Translations under genes and position numbers: made by a program
DNA from: an uncultured delta proteobacterium
GTDB taxonomy: Bacteria; Myxococcota_A; Polyangia; Fen-1088
Direction: 5' to 3'
Length of the DNA stretch: 64,000 nt
NCBI GenBank assembly: GCA_963796685.1
Contig: CAWCMR010000015.1
Coordinates: forward strand, 384,001 to 448,000
Shown: piece by piece, positions 1-9,940 of the stretch
Position numbering within the stretch: position 1 is the stretch's first letter
How the letters are laid out: each line of letters begins with the position of its first letter
Notes under the pieces: model-generated
The model's database searches: none
Seen by the model: the letters and a program-made list of their open reading frames with translations, nothing else
Told to the model about the DNA's origin: nothing

Positions 1-284
1 ATGATTTCCGGGACCTCGTACGGATGCAAAGCCGCCACACGTTCGCGAACGGCGGCGAAGAGCGCGCGCCTGGTCTTCATCGCGCAAAGGACTTCTCGCG
101 CGTCGCACACCTTGCCTTCCCAGGCGTAGATCGAGCGCAAACCGGGCAAGATGTTCACGCACGCCACGAGCTTCTCGGCCACCAATGCCTTGGCGAGCTC
201 CGCCGCTACGTCGGCGTCCGGAGTGGTGACGAGCACGACGACGAATTCGCCGGGCTGGGCGGCGTCAATCGGAACGGAAGGCAT
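1..284 (-). CDS. cutA: Divalent-cation tolerance protein CutA (3' end outside window)
   Basis: Not in the ORF track. Manual translation from ATG at 284: MPSVPIDAAQPGEFVVVLVTTPDADVAAELAKALVAEKLVACVNILPGLRSIYAWEGKV...LHPYEVPEI, with the CutA motifs ACVNI, SIYxWEG and HPYEVPEI. Confidence 0.93.
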   Translation of the reverse strand, partial: MPSVPIDAAQPGEFVVVLVTTPDADVAAELAKALVAEKLVACVNILPGLRSIYAWEGKVCDAREVLCAMKTRRALFAAVRERVAALHPYEVPEI

Positions 285-388
285 GGCAGGATGCTACCTC
301 GAAGCCGGGAAACATGCCCGCCACGCAACCCTCGCCCGGCTTCAACCCTGCACGCCTGTGTTGTGAAGATGGTACTCGCCTGACAGTG

Positions 389-967
389 CTACTTCAGGTT
401 CGCCGCCGCGAAGTCCCAGTTCACCAGCTTCCAGAAGGCTTCCAGGTAGGCCGGACGGGCGTTGCGGTAGTCGATGTAGTAGGCGTGCTCCCAGACGTCG
501 ACGGTGAGCAGCGGCTTCTTCCCATCCTTGAGCGGCGTAGCCGCGTTGCTGGTCTGCTCGACGGCAAGCGATCCGTCGGGATTCTTGACCAGCCAGGCCC
601 ACCCCGAGCCGAACTGGGTGATGGCGGCCGCGGTCAGCTTTTCCTTGAGCGCGGCGAACGAGGTGAAGTTCTTCGCCACGGCATCGGCCAAGGCGCCGCT
701 GGGCTCGCCGCCACCCTTGGGCGACAGGCAGTTCCAGTAAAACGAGTGGTTCCACACCTGGGCGGCGTTGTTGAAGATACCGCCGGACGCCTTCTTGACG
801 ATGTCCTCCAGGGACAGCTCGACGAACTCGGTGCCGGCGATGAGCTTGTTGAGGTTGGCGACGTAGGCGGCGTGATGCTTGCCGTAGTGGTACTCGAGGG
901 TTTCGGCCGAGATGTGCGGGGCCAAGGCGCTTTTTGCATAAGGCAGTTCGGGTAGCTTGTGTTCCAC
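389..967 (-). CDS. sodB: Fe superoxide dismutase
   Basis: C-terminal part of the 389..1987 ORF. GTG start at 967 with AAGGAG RBS. Motifs [16 protein letters not shown] (Fe-type AAQ), FGSGWAW and DVWEHAYY. Confidence 0.96.
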   Translation of the reverse strand: MEHKLPELPYAKSALAPHISAETLEYHYGKHHAAYVANLNKLIAGTEFVELSLEDIVKKASGGIFNNAAQVWNHSFYWNCLSPKGGGEPSGALADAVAKNFTSFAALKEKLTAAAITQFGSGWAWLVKNPDGSLAVEQTSNAATPLKDGKKPLLTVDVWEHAYYIDYRNARPAYLEAFWKLVNWDFAAANLK

Positions 968-1071
968 AACGGTCTCCTTGTTTTCGTTCAATCCACATTC
1001 GCGTGGCCAGCCCGCCGACCTTTGCCGGGAAAGCGTGGCGCACCACCGCGGGGGATCTCCCCCTACCAATG

Positions 1072-1926
1072 TCAGTCTGATGCTGGAGATGGGAGGCGCG
1101 TTACCACGGCTTCGAGCAATTCGCCCATGCGAGCCGCCCCAGCCGTCGCAGCGGCGGTGACATCTTCGTGCACGAGCGGTGCGCCTTGGATACCCGCCGC
1201 CGGATTGGCCACCATGGACAGACCCAACACCGCGAGCCCCGCGTGGCGCGCGGCGATGACCTCGTGGACGGTGGACATGCCGACCAGATCGGCGCCAAGA
1301 ATGCGCAGCATGCGCACCTCGGCCGGCGTTTCGTAGGACGGGCCGGACATGGCCACGTACACGCCCTCGCGCAGAGGAGCACCGAAGCGCTCCTTGGCGA
1401 CCGTCGCGGCCAAACCGCGCAGGGCAGGGGCGTAGGGCTCGCTCATGTCGATGAAGCGCGGGCCCAACCTTTCGTCGTTCGGCCCGACCAGCGGTGAGGC
1501 ACCGGTCAGGTTGATGTGATCGCGAATGGCGACGATCTCGCCCATGGAAAAGGACGGCTCGATGCCGCCCGACACGTTGGTGACGATCATGGTTTGTACG
1601 CCCAGGGTGGCGGCAACGCGCACCGGGAAGGCGATCTCGGACGCGGGATAACCTTCGTAGGCATGGACACGGCCGCAAAAGATCAGCACCTTCTTGTCGC
1701 CCCAATGGCCGCACAGCATGCGCCCAGGGTGGCCCGCTACCGTGGGCTCGGGAAAGCAGGGCAGGGCCGCGTAGGCGACCGAGCGGGCGTCGAGCAGGCG
1801 ATCGGCAGCACTGGCCAGGCCCGAGCCGAGAATCACCGCGACATCCGCCCCCTCGGTGTCGAGTTGGTGCGCCACGGCACCGGCGGCGGCGAGCACCCGG
1901 TCGTGCAGGCTGGACTCCACCTTCAT
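1072..1926 (-). CDS. punA: Purine-nucleoside phosphorylase (PNP I, trimeric type)
   Basis: Motifs [32 protein letters not shown] and VGMSTVHE. Confidence 0.93.
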   Translation of the reverse strand: MKVESSLHDRVLAAAGAVAHQLDTEGADVAVILGSGLASAADRLLDARSVAYAALPCFPEPTVAGHPGRMLCGHWGDKKVLIFCGRVHAYEGYPASEIAFPVRVAATLGVQTMIVTNVSGGIEPSFSMGEIVAIRDHINLTGASPLVGPNDERLGPRFIDMSEPYAPALRGLAATVAKERFGAPLREGVYVAMSGPSYETPAEVRMLRILGADLVGMSTVHEVIAARHAGLAVLGLSMVANPAAGIQGAPLVHEDVTAAATAGAARMGELLEAVVTRLPSPASD

Positions 1927-2330
1927 CGCTTTCCCGGCCTCCGGCCAGGACGCGCACGACCGGGTTTGCGCGCGCGGCCTGCTTCAACGGTGTCGCGGGT
2001 CGTCGCCACCTTTTCGTACTTCGGCTTCTTGGGGTGGCGCTTGTACAGCAGGAGGGTACGGCCGAGGATCTGCACGACGTTCACGCCCGTTTCCGCGCCG
2101 AAACGCTCGGCGAGCTCGAAGCGGGTCTCGGGGCACTCGCTGCCGAGCTTGATCTTGATCAGCTCGTGGTCGAGCAGCGCTTGGCCGACCTGCTTGAGCA
2201 CAGCCTCGCTGGCGCCCTGCTTGCCGATCTGGACCACGGGGGCCAGGGGATGGCCTAGACCGCGCAAACTGCGGCGCAGCGGCGTCGAGGGCATGAGGGA
2301 CTTCTTGCGCGGACTGGTCGGTGCGGGCAT
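1923..2330 (-). CDS. yhbY: YhbY/CRM-domain RNA-binding (ribosome assembly) protein
   Basis: End of the 1923..4025 ORF: [18 protein letters not shown]...HELIKIK...[12 protein letters not shown]. Stop overlaps the PNP start (ATGA). Confidence 0.9.
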   Translation of the reverse strand: MPAPTSPRKKSLMPSTPLRRSLRGLGHPLAPVVQIGKQGASEAVLKQVGQALLDHELIKIKLGSECPETRFELAERFGAETGVNVVQILGRTLLLYKRHPKKPKYEKVATTRDTVEAGRARKPGRARPGRRPGKR

Positions 2331-2420
2331 GCGCTGAAAATGCCACAGGTCCGCTCGTTCTCCCAGCGTGATAACATCCGAATCCGCCCAGGCCCCGGTC
2401 GCCAGGGGCCAGTCAATGGA

Positions 2421-4727
2421 ATGTGTGACTTGGAAAGACCATCGGAAAAGAGAAATCGGGCCACCACGGAGAGCACCAAGCTCGCGCTGCCGCCCGGTGA
2501 AATCATCCCGGGGACGCGCTACCGCATCGTCACGCGCGTGGGCGCCGGGGCCATGGGGGCCGTCTACCAGGCCGAGCACGTGGATCTGGAAAAACGCGTC
2601 GCGCTCAAGACTCTGCTGGCCAACTCGGCCCGCGATTCCGAGGTGGTCGAGCGCTTTCGCCAGGAGGCGCGCGCCGCCTCGAAGATCGGCAACCCCTTCA
2701 TCTGCGACGTCACCGATTTCGGCGAGCTCCCCGACGGACAGGTCTTCTACGTCATGGAGTACATCGACGGCCCGTCCTTGCGTCGCGTGCTCGAAGTGGA
2801 CAAGCACCTCACACCCGAACGCGCCATCCCCATTCTGCGCCAGGTGTGCAAGGCTCTCGGCGCTGCTCACGACAAGGGCATCATCCATCTCGACGTCAAG
2901 CCCGACAACATCATGCTGACCACCAGCGGTCGGCGCGGGGGGATGGTCAAGGTGGTGGACTTCGGCATCGCGGGGCTCATCAGCGCCGAGCCGCAGCCCG
3001 AGAGTAGCTCGGGCGAGGATCGCGTCGTGGGCACGCCCGACTACCTGTCGCCCGAGCGCATCCGGCGCAAGGGTTACGACAACCGCAGCGACATCTATTC
3101 GCTGGGCGCCATGGCCTACGAGATGCTGACCGGATCCTGCCCGTTCTGGCACGAGGATCTGATGACCACCATCACCAAGCACATCACGGACAAGCCGCAG
3201 CCGCCGCGCCAGCGTGCGCCCGAGCTGGATATTCCGGAGAAGCTCGAGACCGTGGTCCTGCAGATGCTGGAGAAGAATCCGGCCGAAAGGCCGCAGAACA
3301 TGGCGGTGGTGGAGGCGATGCTGTGCGAGGCGCAGATCGCGGCCGGCATTCAGACCGAATGGGACGATCTGGAATTGCCCGCGGTCGATGACGATTGGCA
3401 GAAGAAGCTGGCCGAACGCATGCCCTCGCCCCGCTCGCGGCGTATGCGGCGAATGGCGCTGGGATTGGGAATGGTGGCGGTGCTCGGTCTCGGCCTGGCG
3501 CTGTACTTCGCCGTGCGCCGACCCAAGGAGATCGTCACCTACACGCCGGTCTACGTCGAGGTCACCAAGACCGACGAGCCGGGAAGCGTCGCCCCCTGGC
3601 TGCGCAAGGCCGGCGTCGCCGCGGGCGCCGAGAAGTTCTTGGACCCGGCCAACGATTCGGCGCTGTTCTACATCCAGCGGGCCGAGACCGAGGCCAAGAA
3701 GCTGGGGGTGTCGTCGGGCGGCGCCGCGCTTCTGCGCAGGCTCTACGGAAATCAGTTCCGCAGCCTGGGCAATTCCCTGCTCGAGGCGAAGCTGAGCGAT
3801 CTGGCGGCGGTGCGTTTTGCCGAGGCGTTGCGTTTTCTGCCCGGCGATGCCGACCTGCGCGTCAAGCTGGGTCTGGCCGCCGAGGCACGCGCCGAACCCG
3901 GGTCCGCGTCCGGCGTCGCCCCCGTGGCACGGCGCCCGGTCGACGAGTCTGCGCGGGCGGCCGCGGATTTGTTCTCGACCGCGGCGGCGGGACGATTCTC
4001 GCAGGCTCGCGTGGCCTTGACCCACTTGCTCGCCGCAGACAAGGATGGGTCCCAGAGCGCACGGCTGGCCGACGAGTTCAGGCGGCGTGCCCAGACGTTT
4101 TGGGGCGCCGGCAAACGCGACGAGGCCAGGCCCTACTATCAGCTCGTCGCCGATCTCGATCCCAAGGACTCCGTGTCGCGCGAGCGGGCGGACAGCAAGG
4201 ACGAGCCGACGCCAGTCCCGATCGTGGCCGCGGTCCCCGAGCCGGCGCCTTCCCCGGAGCCCGCCAAGTCAGGAAGAAGGAAGGGCGTGACCGGGATCGC
4301 GTCGGGGGCCTCCACTTCGCCGGCACCCGCGTCGCCCCAGGACGATAATGCGCCGAGAGATCGCGCCGCGTCGGCCAAGGCTGCCGCGGAGGGGGCCGGT
4401 GCCCTGGCCCGCGGCGACCTGGTGAAGGCCCAGCTTGCATTCGACCGCGCCGTACGCGCGGATGCCAGCAATCCCGATGCGGTTGCCGGGTTGGCCGAGG
4501 TCGCCTTCGAGAACGCTCGCTACACCGAGGCGCTCGACTACGGTCGCCGCGCGGTCCGCTTGCAGCCCAAGGCAACCAAGAACCACATGATCGTCGGCGA
4601 CGCCTTCTTCAAGCTCTTGCGCTACGACGAGGCACAGGCCGCTTACAAGCGCGCGCAAGCCCTTTCGCCGAACGATGAAGGCATCAAGGCCCGCATCGGC
4701 CGCGTGAAGGCCCGCCTAGGCGAGTAG
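2421..4727 (+). CDS. Membrane Ser/Thr protein kinase with C-terminal TPRs
   Basis: GAGAMGAVY, VALK, HLDVKPDN, DFG, GTPDYLSPE and SDIYSLG, one TM segment, then TPR-like repeats. Start uncertain (2340 or 2421). Confidence 0.9.
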   Translation: MCDLERPSEKRNRATTESTKLALPPGEIIPGTRYRIVTRVGAGAMGAVYQAEHVDLEKRVALKTLLANSARDSEVVERFRQEARAASKIGNPFICDVTDFGELPDGQVFYVMEYIDGPSLRRVLEVDKHLTPERAIPILRQVCKALGAAHDKGIIHLDVKPDNIMLTTSGRRGGMVKVVDFGIAGLISAEPQPESSSGEDRVVGTPDYLSPERIRRKGYDNRSDIYSLGAMAYEMLTGSCPFWHEDLMTTITKHITDKPQPPRQRAPELDIPEKLETVVLQMLEKNPAERPQNMAVVEAMLCEAQIAAGIQTEWDDLELPAVDDDWQKKLAERMPSPRSRRMRRMALGLGMVAVLGLGLALYFAVRRPKEIVTYTPVYVEVTKTDEPGSVAPWLRKAGVAAGAEKFLDPANDSALFYIQRAETEAKKLGVSSGGAALLRRLYGNQFRSLGNSLLEAKLSDLAAVRFAEALRFLPGDADLRVKLGLAAEARAEPGSASGVAPVARRPVDESARAAADLFSTAAAGRFSQARVALTHLLAADKDGSQSARLADEFRRRAQTFWGAGKRDEARPYYQLVADLDPKDSVSRERADSKDEPTPVPIVAAVPEPAPSPEPAKSGRRKGVTGIASGASTSPAPASPQDDNAPRDRAASAKAAAEGAGALARGDLVKAQLAFDRAVRADASNPDAVAGLAEVAFENARYTEALDYGRRAVRLQPKATKNHMIVGDAFFKLLRYDEAQAAYKRAQALSPNDEGIKARIGRVKARLGE

Positions 4728-4752
4728 CTCGGCGAGCAAGGCTGCGAAGCCC

Positions 4753-4836
4753 TGATCCCGCGATAGCCGCGGAAGGTCGTGGCCGTGGCCTGTTGTGACT
4801 GCTGTCGGCCAAGGCCACGGCCTCGTTGCGGGAGCA
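4753..4836 (+). repeat. MITE-like dispersed repeat, copy 1
   Basis: Begins TGATCCCGCGATAGCCGCGGAAGGTCGTGGCCGTGGCC and ends TTGCGGGAGCA (degenerate inverted terminus). The same left end occurs at 41522, 42965(-), 46265 and 48895. Confidence 0.75.
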
Positions 4837-4956
4837 CGAGGGCAATATCGCGCTTGACGTTTTGGCTCCGGCTGGTGCAAGGATCTCGGGGGTGTGGGGA
4901 TTGCGGAATCACGGTGTCGGTTAACCCCTTTTACGGAACGAATGGCGGAGGTCGTG

Positions 4957-6727
4957 ATGAGATTCCCGAAAAACAGGGTCGTTCTCGCAGTCATGTCTTT
5001 CGTCACACTGGCTTCGGCCGACGCCCGGGCCCATTGGTGCGATGACCTCTGGAAGCTCGGGTTACGACATCGTGGTCAAACCGGACAGCGACACTTCGCC
5101 CAAGCAGCTCTATGTGGAAAACCGCTGGGGATACCAGCTGACAAACTTCAAGCTGACGGCCACGTCTTCAGGCGGCGGCACCATCACTTTGACCCCTCCG
5201 ACGAACCTCAAGGTGGCGAACACCCTGCTTCCTGGTGAGAAGGGTGTCTGGAAGATTGCGAGCGGCAACCCGGCGAAGATCGAGGACATCACCTTCGACG
5301 TGTCGTTCGGCGATACCTCGGGCACGAACTCCAAGCAGTGGGCGTGCTACCCGGTTCAGGGGGCAAGCCCCGTCATGGTCGTGAAGAACGACGGGAGTCT
5401 CTTCCCAACCGCCATCACGGGCATCGACAGTCCCAAGTCCAACACGGCCCGCGGTTGCTCACTGGGCGACGTCGGGCTGGGGACCTCGCTGCAAGACCAG
5501 ACCATCGCGGACTGGGAGGACGCAGACGCCGGATTCGACGCCCTGATGCATATCTACTGCTCGGGCCGTGGCTCGTGGGGCACCGCCGGTCCCGTCGGAA
5601 ACTACGCTGGCGAAGGCGTAAGCCCGAGTTACTGCAAGGATAGCTCCAGCACGACTTGCCCGGCCAGCAAGCCGACGGCCTCCCCGGGCTCGCGCTCCGA
5701 CTACATGCACCTCTGGGCGGCCGGCGCCCTCGCCATCCGCAAGTCGGCGCTGGGCGCCCGTCTTCCGGTAGTTCGCCAGCGTCTGAAGTGCGGGGCGAAC
5801 GACGGGGATCCAGGCATCGCCGGGTACACCCTCTTCGTCCTCGGATATCTGGGTGACGACCCGGACGCCAAGTCCTTCCTACAGAGCCAAGCCGGCGCGA
5901 GCGGTGACATCGGCACGATTGCCAAGGCCGCGCTGTATCTGATGGGCGACACGACCCAAAAGTCCGCCGTGCAAGCAGGCGTGCAGTCGAGCTCGGTTTG
6001 GGTCAAGGTCGCCTGCGCCGGGGCACTCGGCATCGTGGACAAGGACGATGCCTCGGTCAATTCGGCCATTATCCCCGAGGTCAAGTGGATCGAGCCAGAC
6101 ACGCTGGGCGGCACCACCGACAACGGCAAGGGTATGTACGCAGCGCACATCCTCGAAATTGTGGCCTTCGATCGACGTGGTTGGGTCTTCAAGGGCAATG
6201 CCGATGGACCGGTGACATTTTATGGGGAGACCGGCGGCGGTACTGGCGGAACACCGGGAACGGGTGGCTCGCCCGGCAGTGGCGGCACCGGTGGCTCTGG
6301 CGGGACTTCGGGCGCCGGTGGGGCCGTGGGCAGTGGCGGTCGATCGGGTGGCGGCGGTACCACGGCAGGGTCCGGCGGCTCGGGTGGCTCGGGTGCCTCG
6401 GGTGGCTCGCCAGGGGTTGGCGGAAGCACCAACAACGGCGGTCAGGGCGCGGGTGGCGCGCAGGTTGGCGGCTCGGTCGGCTCGGGTGGCTCGGTCGGCT
6501 CGGGCGGCCGTGGAGGAGACAGCTCCAGCAGCTCATTCGGCTCAGGCGGCGCGACCGTTTCCAGCGGCGGCAACACGACTTCGTCTGGTGGCACGACCGG
6601 GACAGGCGACAAGGCCCAGGGAGACGGCTGCAAGTGCAACTTAAGTGGGAGGCCCAATACGCCGGTCCTTCCGTTCTTGGTCACGGCCGGGCTGGCGCTT
6701 CTGCTCGTGCGCCGACGCCGTCACTAG
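4957..6727 (+). CDS. Secreted surface protein with Gly/Ser-rich linker and MYXO-CTERM-like sorting signal (frameshift near 5053)
   Basis: GGAGG RBS, ATG at 4957 and signal peptide MRFPKNRVVLAVMSFVTLASADARA-HWCDDLW. Removing one A at 5053-5054 joins this to the 5042..6727 frame (SSGYDIVVK). Ends GCKCNL...LPFLVTAGLALLLVRRRRH. Confidence 0.8.
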
Positions 6728-6809
6728 CCTGCCGATGTTGAAGTGATACGAAATGGACAATCGCCACAGGTTTCGGGGCCGATTCCACGGACCCGTGAAG
6801 GAGAAATCG

Positions 6810-7421
6810 ATGACTCGTTTTGACTCGCTCGTTCTCTGCGCCACCATGAGCGCTGGACTTCTGGCCTGCGGTAGCAACGGTACATCCAGCAAGGATCCCG
6901 TCAGCCTCATGCCCCTCGACAATGCCGTGTCAGGCTGGAACATCGACACCAGCCTCAACGGGAGCGTGCAGCCGATGACCGCAACCACGAAGGCTGAGGC
7001 CATCGGCCTGATCGATGGCGCAGCTGCTCCGTTTTACAAGGGCTCCTTAGCGCCCAAGGAGTTTGTCTGGCAGAACTATGTCAACACCAGTTTGCCCGCC
7101 GCTCCACCGCCCAAGGGAGCCGGCCTGGTCGCCTACATTTGGGAGATGCCGTCCGCAGATCAGGCGAGCGGGCTCTATACGGCCTTACTGCAGGAATCGG
7201 AGTACTCGGGCAATTGGCAGCCGACATCGCCACCCCTGGGCGTCGAGTCGCGTATCGAGGACACGAACACTGCCTGGTGGGTCAACTTCCACAAGGATGT
7301 ATTCTACGTCGAAGTCTTCCTCTCTCCTTCGTATGGACCGTCGCCTGACTACACACCTGGGAACACCGACCTCCAGGCAGAAGCCTTGCGTTTCGCCCAA
7401 GCCATCGCCTCGAAGATCTAG
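6810..7421 (+). CDS. Hypothetical lipoprotein
   Basis: AAGGAG RBS before ATG at 6810; lipobox GLLA-C. Confidence 0.75.
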   Translation: MTRFDSLVLCATMSAGLLACGSNGTSSKDPVSLMPLDNAVSGWNIDTSLNGSVQPMTATTKAEAIGLIDGAAAPFYKGSLAPKEFVWQNYVNTSLPAAPPPKGAGLVAYIWEMPSADQASGLYTALLQESEYSGNWQPTSPPLGVESRIEDTNTAWWVNFHKDVFYVEVFLSPSYGPSPDYTPGNTDLQAEALRFAQAIASKI

Positions 7422-7481
7422 CAACCGCCGGTGCCAGCGCGCACGGAACAAGCCTCCCGACGGTCTTTGGGAGCGTTCGCC

Positions 7482-8822
7482 ATGAGCACCTTGCCCCTCC
7501 GCTGGCGCGCGCTGGCGCTTGCCGTGATGTTGGGCGCCTGCCGCAGGCGTGCCCCGGCAGAGCCAACCATCGACTGGAAGCCCGGGGCAGGCACCCGTGC
7601 CGAAGCCGCGGCGCTGCTGTTGCTCGACAAAGACGGATTGGCCAAGGTCGTGTGTCTGCCCGGGCGCACGCAAGAGCGCCGGCTCTTTCCCGGTGTCGCC
7701 TTGGGGCGAGTCCTGGATGTCCGCTGGAAGGGAGGGCCTGTGGTCGCCGGAATCGCGGCCGCTCCTGGCGACCCGAACCAAAGTCCGGAAGACGAGCTCC
7801 TGCTGCTGGTACCGAACGGCGGCCCGCGCAGGCTCGCCAAGGGCGTGCGGACCGCTCGCTTCTCGCCCGATGGTGCGGCCCTTGCCTATGAGGTCGCTCA
7901 ACCTGGCAACAGTGGCGCAGCGGGGAAACTGCCAACGATCTACGTGCGCGACCTGAGTGCCGGTACCGTGACCGAGCTCGGCGCGTTTGCGGATCCCTTG
8001 TGGGGAGCCGATGGTAAGTATCTTTTCGCCACGAAGCTGCGCGCCATGGTCCAAGAGCGCCAGGCGTCGCCCGCGCCATGGACCTCGCTGCGGGTTCGCT
8101 GGGAACGCGAATCCGGTACCGTCACCATCGACGGCCCCGGCTCCGCTCAGATTCCTGCTCCGATCGGCGAGGCCGTCGCCTGGTCCGAAGAACAGCGACG
8201 CACGGTCGCTCCCAATCCGTGCGCCGTGCTTCTCAGCCGCAAGGGCGGGGTCAGACACTCTACCGTGGGGAGACTGTGCATGGGCATCGCCGACGACCGC
8301 GCCGCGCGCTGGTCGCCCGATGGGCGGTGGCTCGCCTTCCCTCACCCGGGGCCCGCACAGGGCCATGGAAAGACGGGTGGGGCCTTCGTCGATGTGGTGG
8401 GTGTCGAAGGCGGTCGCTATCCGGCTCTGTCTGCGCTGCGTGCTCGGGCCAACCCGGAGCAGCTTGCGATTGCCACCGCTCCGCTGACGGTGTGGTTCGA
8501 CTGGTCGCCATCGGGTCGCTTCTTGGCGCTGCACGACGGGAATAGCGATGTGCGCGTGTACGATTTCGAGGCGCATGGCACGGCCTCTTTGGGCAAAGGT
8601 CAAAGGCCCAGGTGGAGCCCGGGCGGTGCGTACCTGTTGCTCCTGGCACCTGGGCAGGTGGCTGCAATTTCCCCGGACCGGCGGGGCCAGACGGCCGATG
8701 CCTCCGCCTTGGACGCATTCGTGCTGTCCGGGGTTGCGCCAACGGCGAGGGTCGATCTCGGTCCGGTGCGAGACGCTCGCTGGTTGCCGGCCCAGGCATG
8801 CGAGAATGGCCAGGCCTTCTGA
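7482..8822 (+). CDS. TolB-like/PD40 beta-propeller lipoprotein
   Basis: Lipobox MLGA-C; repeated FSPDG, WSPDG, WSPSG and WSPGG motifs. Confidence 0.8.
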   Translation: MSTLPLRWRALALAVMLGACRRRAPAEPTIDWKPGAGTRAEAAALLLLDKDGLAKVVCLPGRTQERRLFPGVALGRVLDVRWKGGPVVAGIAAAPGDPNQSPEDELLLLVPNGGPRRLAKGVRTARFSPDGAALAYEVAQPGNSGAAGKLPTIYVRDLSAGTVTELGAFADPLWGADGKYLFATKLRAMVQERQASPAPWTSLRVRWERESGTVTIDGPGSAQIPAPIGEAVAWSEEQRRTVAPNPCAVLLSRKGGVRHSTVGRLCMGIADDRAARWSPDGRWLAFPHPGPAQGHGKTGGAFVDVVGVEGGRYPALSALRARANPEQLAIATAPLTVWFDWSPSGRFLALHDGNSDVRVYDFEAHGTASLGKGQRPRWSPGGAYLLLLAPGQVAAISPDRRGQTADASALDAFVLSGVAPTARVDLGPVRDARWLPAQACENGQAF

Positions 8823-8855
8823 GCTCATGGCGCGGCGGGCGGACCCGCGTTGCCG

Positions 8856-9860
8856 CTAGAACGACCCCGCGAAGCCCGCGCTGGCGCTCATGGTGGTGGT
8901 CCCTGGACGTGGCGCCAGATAGAGAAAAACGCCGCCGATCGTCCCTGCCGCCGCGCCCAAGCCGACCATGGTCGCCGCCCACCATTTGGTGGAACGAACC
9001 CACGGGCAATTGCCGTTGACGTCCTGCTGGTCGGCCGAGCAGGAGATCGGGTGGTTGTCCAAGGCCATGGTCACGATGCCCGCGACGAGCAGCGCGGCTC
9101 CGCCTGCCACGCCTCCCCATCCTGCCGCACGGTAGGGAAACTTCGACGGGATGGCCACCAGATCCAGATCCATGGCCTCGTCCACGCCGCTGACCACGGT
9201 GAAGGTGCGAGACAGGGAATCATGGCCGGGTAGCACCAGCTGTACGTGGTGCGGACCGCCAGCCAATTGTGCCTCGAGCGGCGTGACGCCGGTTTGTCGG
9301 CCATCCATGACCACGACCGCCCCGGCCGGACGCGAACGGATCGTGAATCGGGCCGGCGCGCGCGACACGGCTTCCAGGCGCTCGCGCAAGGCGGATGCGG
9401 CCAGACCCATCTTTTCTCCAGCCTCCTCGACGCCGCAGGTCTCGCAGCGCTCGCGGTTGCTGGCCAGCACGCCGCCCGTGCGCCCGTTGATGATCTCCAG
9501 GACCATGGTGTAGGTCTTGTTGCTCTCGGCGACGTGGGCCGTGATGAGGTAGCTCGCGGCCAGGGCGCTGGCCATGGCTGGATAGCAGGCGGCGTTTTGA
9601 CAGGTAGCCAGGGCCTGATTCGGTCCGGTCAGGGCCTGTTGCACGTCGCTGCTGCGCAAGACCTCGAAGCGCGCGGCGGACAGTCCCTGTACCAGGCGTT
9701 GGGCAAAAAGGTCCTGCAGGCCGTCGGGGATCTTGCCCTCGAAGTCCAGGCGCGCGATGGCCACGCGTTGCGAACCGGCGACTTCGGTCTGGGCCATGGC
9801 CGGGAGTGCGGCAAGGATCACAGCGCCCAGACACACGAGCGAGCGGGATAGGGTTGGCAT
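8856..9860 (-). CDS. Secreted PEGA-domain protein
   Basis: Signal peptide, PEGA motif SRPAGAVVVMDGRQTGVTPL...GPHHVQL, and a C-terminal hydrophobic hairpin typical of myxobacterial PEGA proteins. Confidence 0.85.
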   Translation of the reverse strand: MPTLSRSLVCLGAVILAALPAMAQTEVAGSQRVAIARLDFEGKIPDGLQDLFAQRLVQGLSAARFEVLRSSDVQQALTGPNQALATCQNAACYPAMASALAASYLITAHVAESNKTYTMVLEIINGRTGGVLASNRERCETCGVEEAGEKMGLAASALRERLEAVSRAPARFTIRSRPAGAVVVMDGRQTGVTPLEAQLAGGPHHVQLVLPGHDSLSRTFTVVSGVDEAMDLDLVAIPSKFPYRAAGWGGVAGGAALLVAGIVTMALDNHPISCSADQQDVNGNCPWVRSTKWWAATMVGLGAAAGTIGGVFLYLAPRPGTTTMSASAGFAGSF

Positions 9861-9940
9861 GGCCGTTCATTTTACAAAGGAATCGGCATGAATTGCGCTC
9901 TAACTGCTAGAATCGAAGAACCTGGCGTAGGAGAAATAGC

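Noticed and set aside
389-1987. 532-aa ORF suggesting a long N-terminally extended SOD
   Set aside because: The upstream part is an alternative frame over the PNP gene; the real sodB start is the GTG at 967 with an RBS.
6230-6610. GGC/TCG-rich tandem-like repeats
   Set aside because: They encode the Gly/Ser linker of the surface protein and are not a separate DNA element.
9883-9913. Possible sigma-54 (GG-N10-GC) or extended -10 promoter before 9941
   Set aside because: Weak match to the consensus, and the two readings cannot be distinguished from sequence alone.
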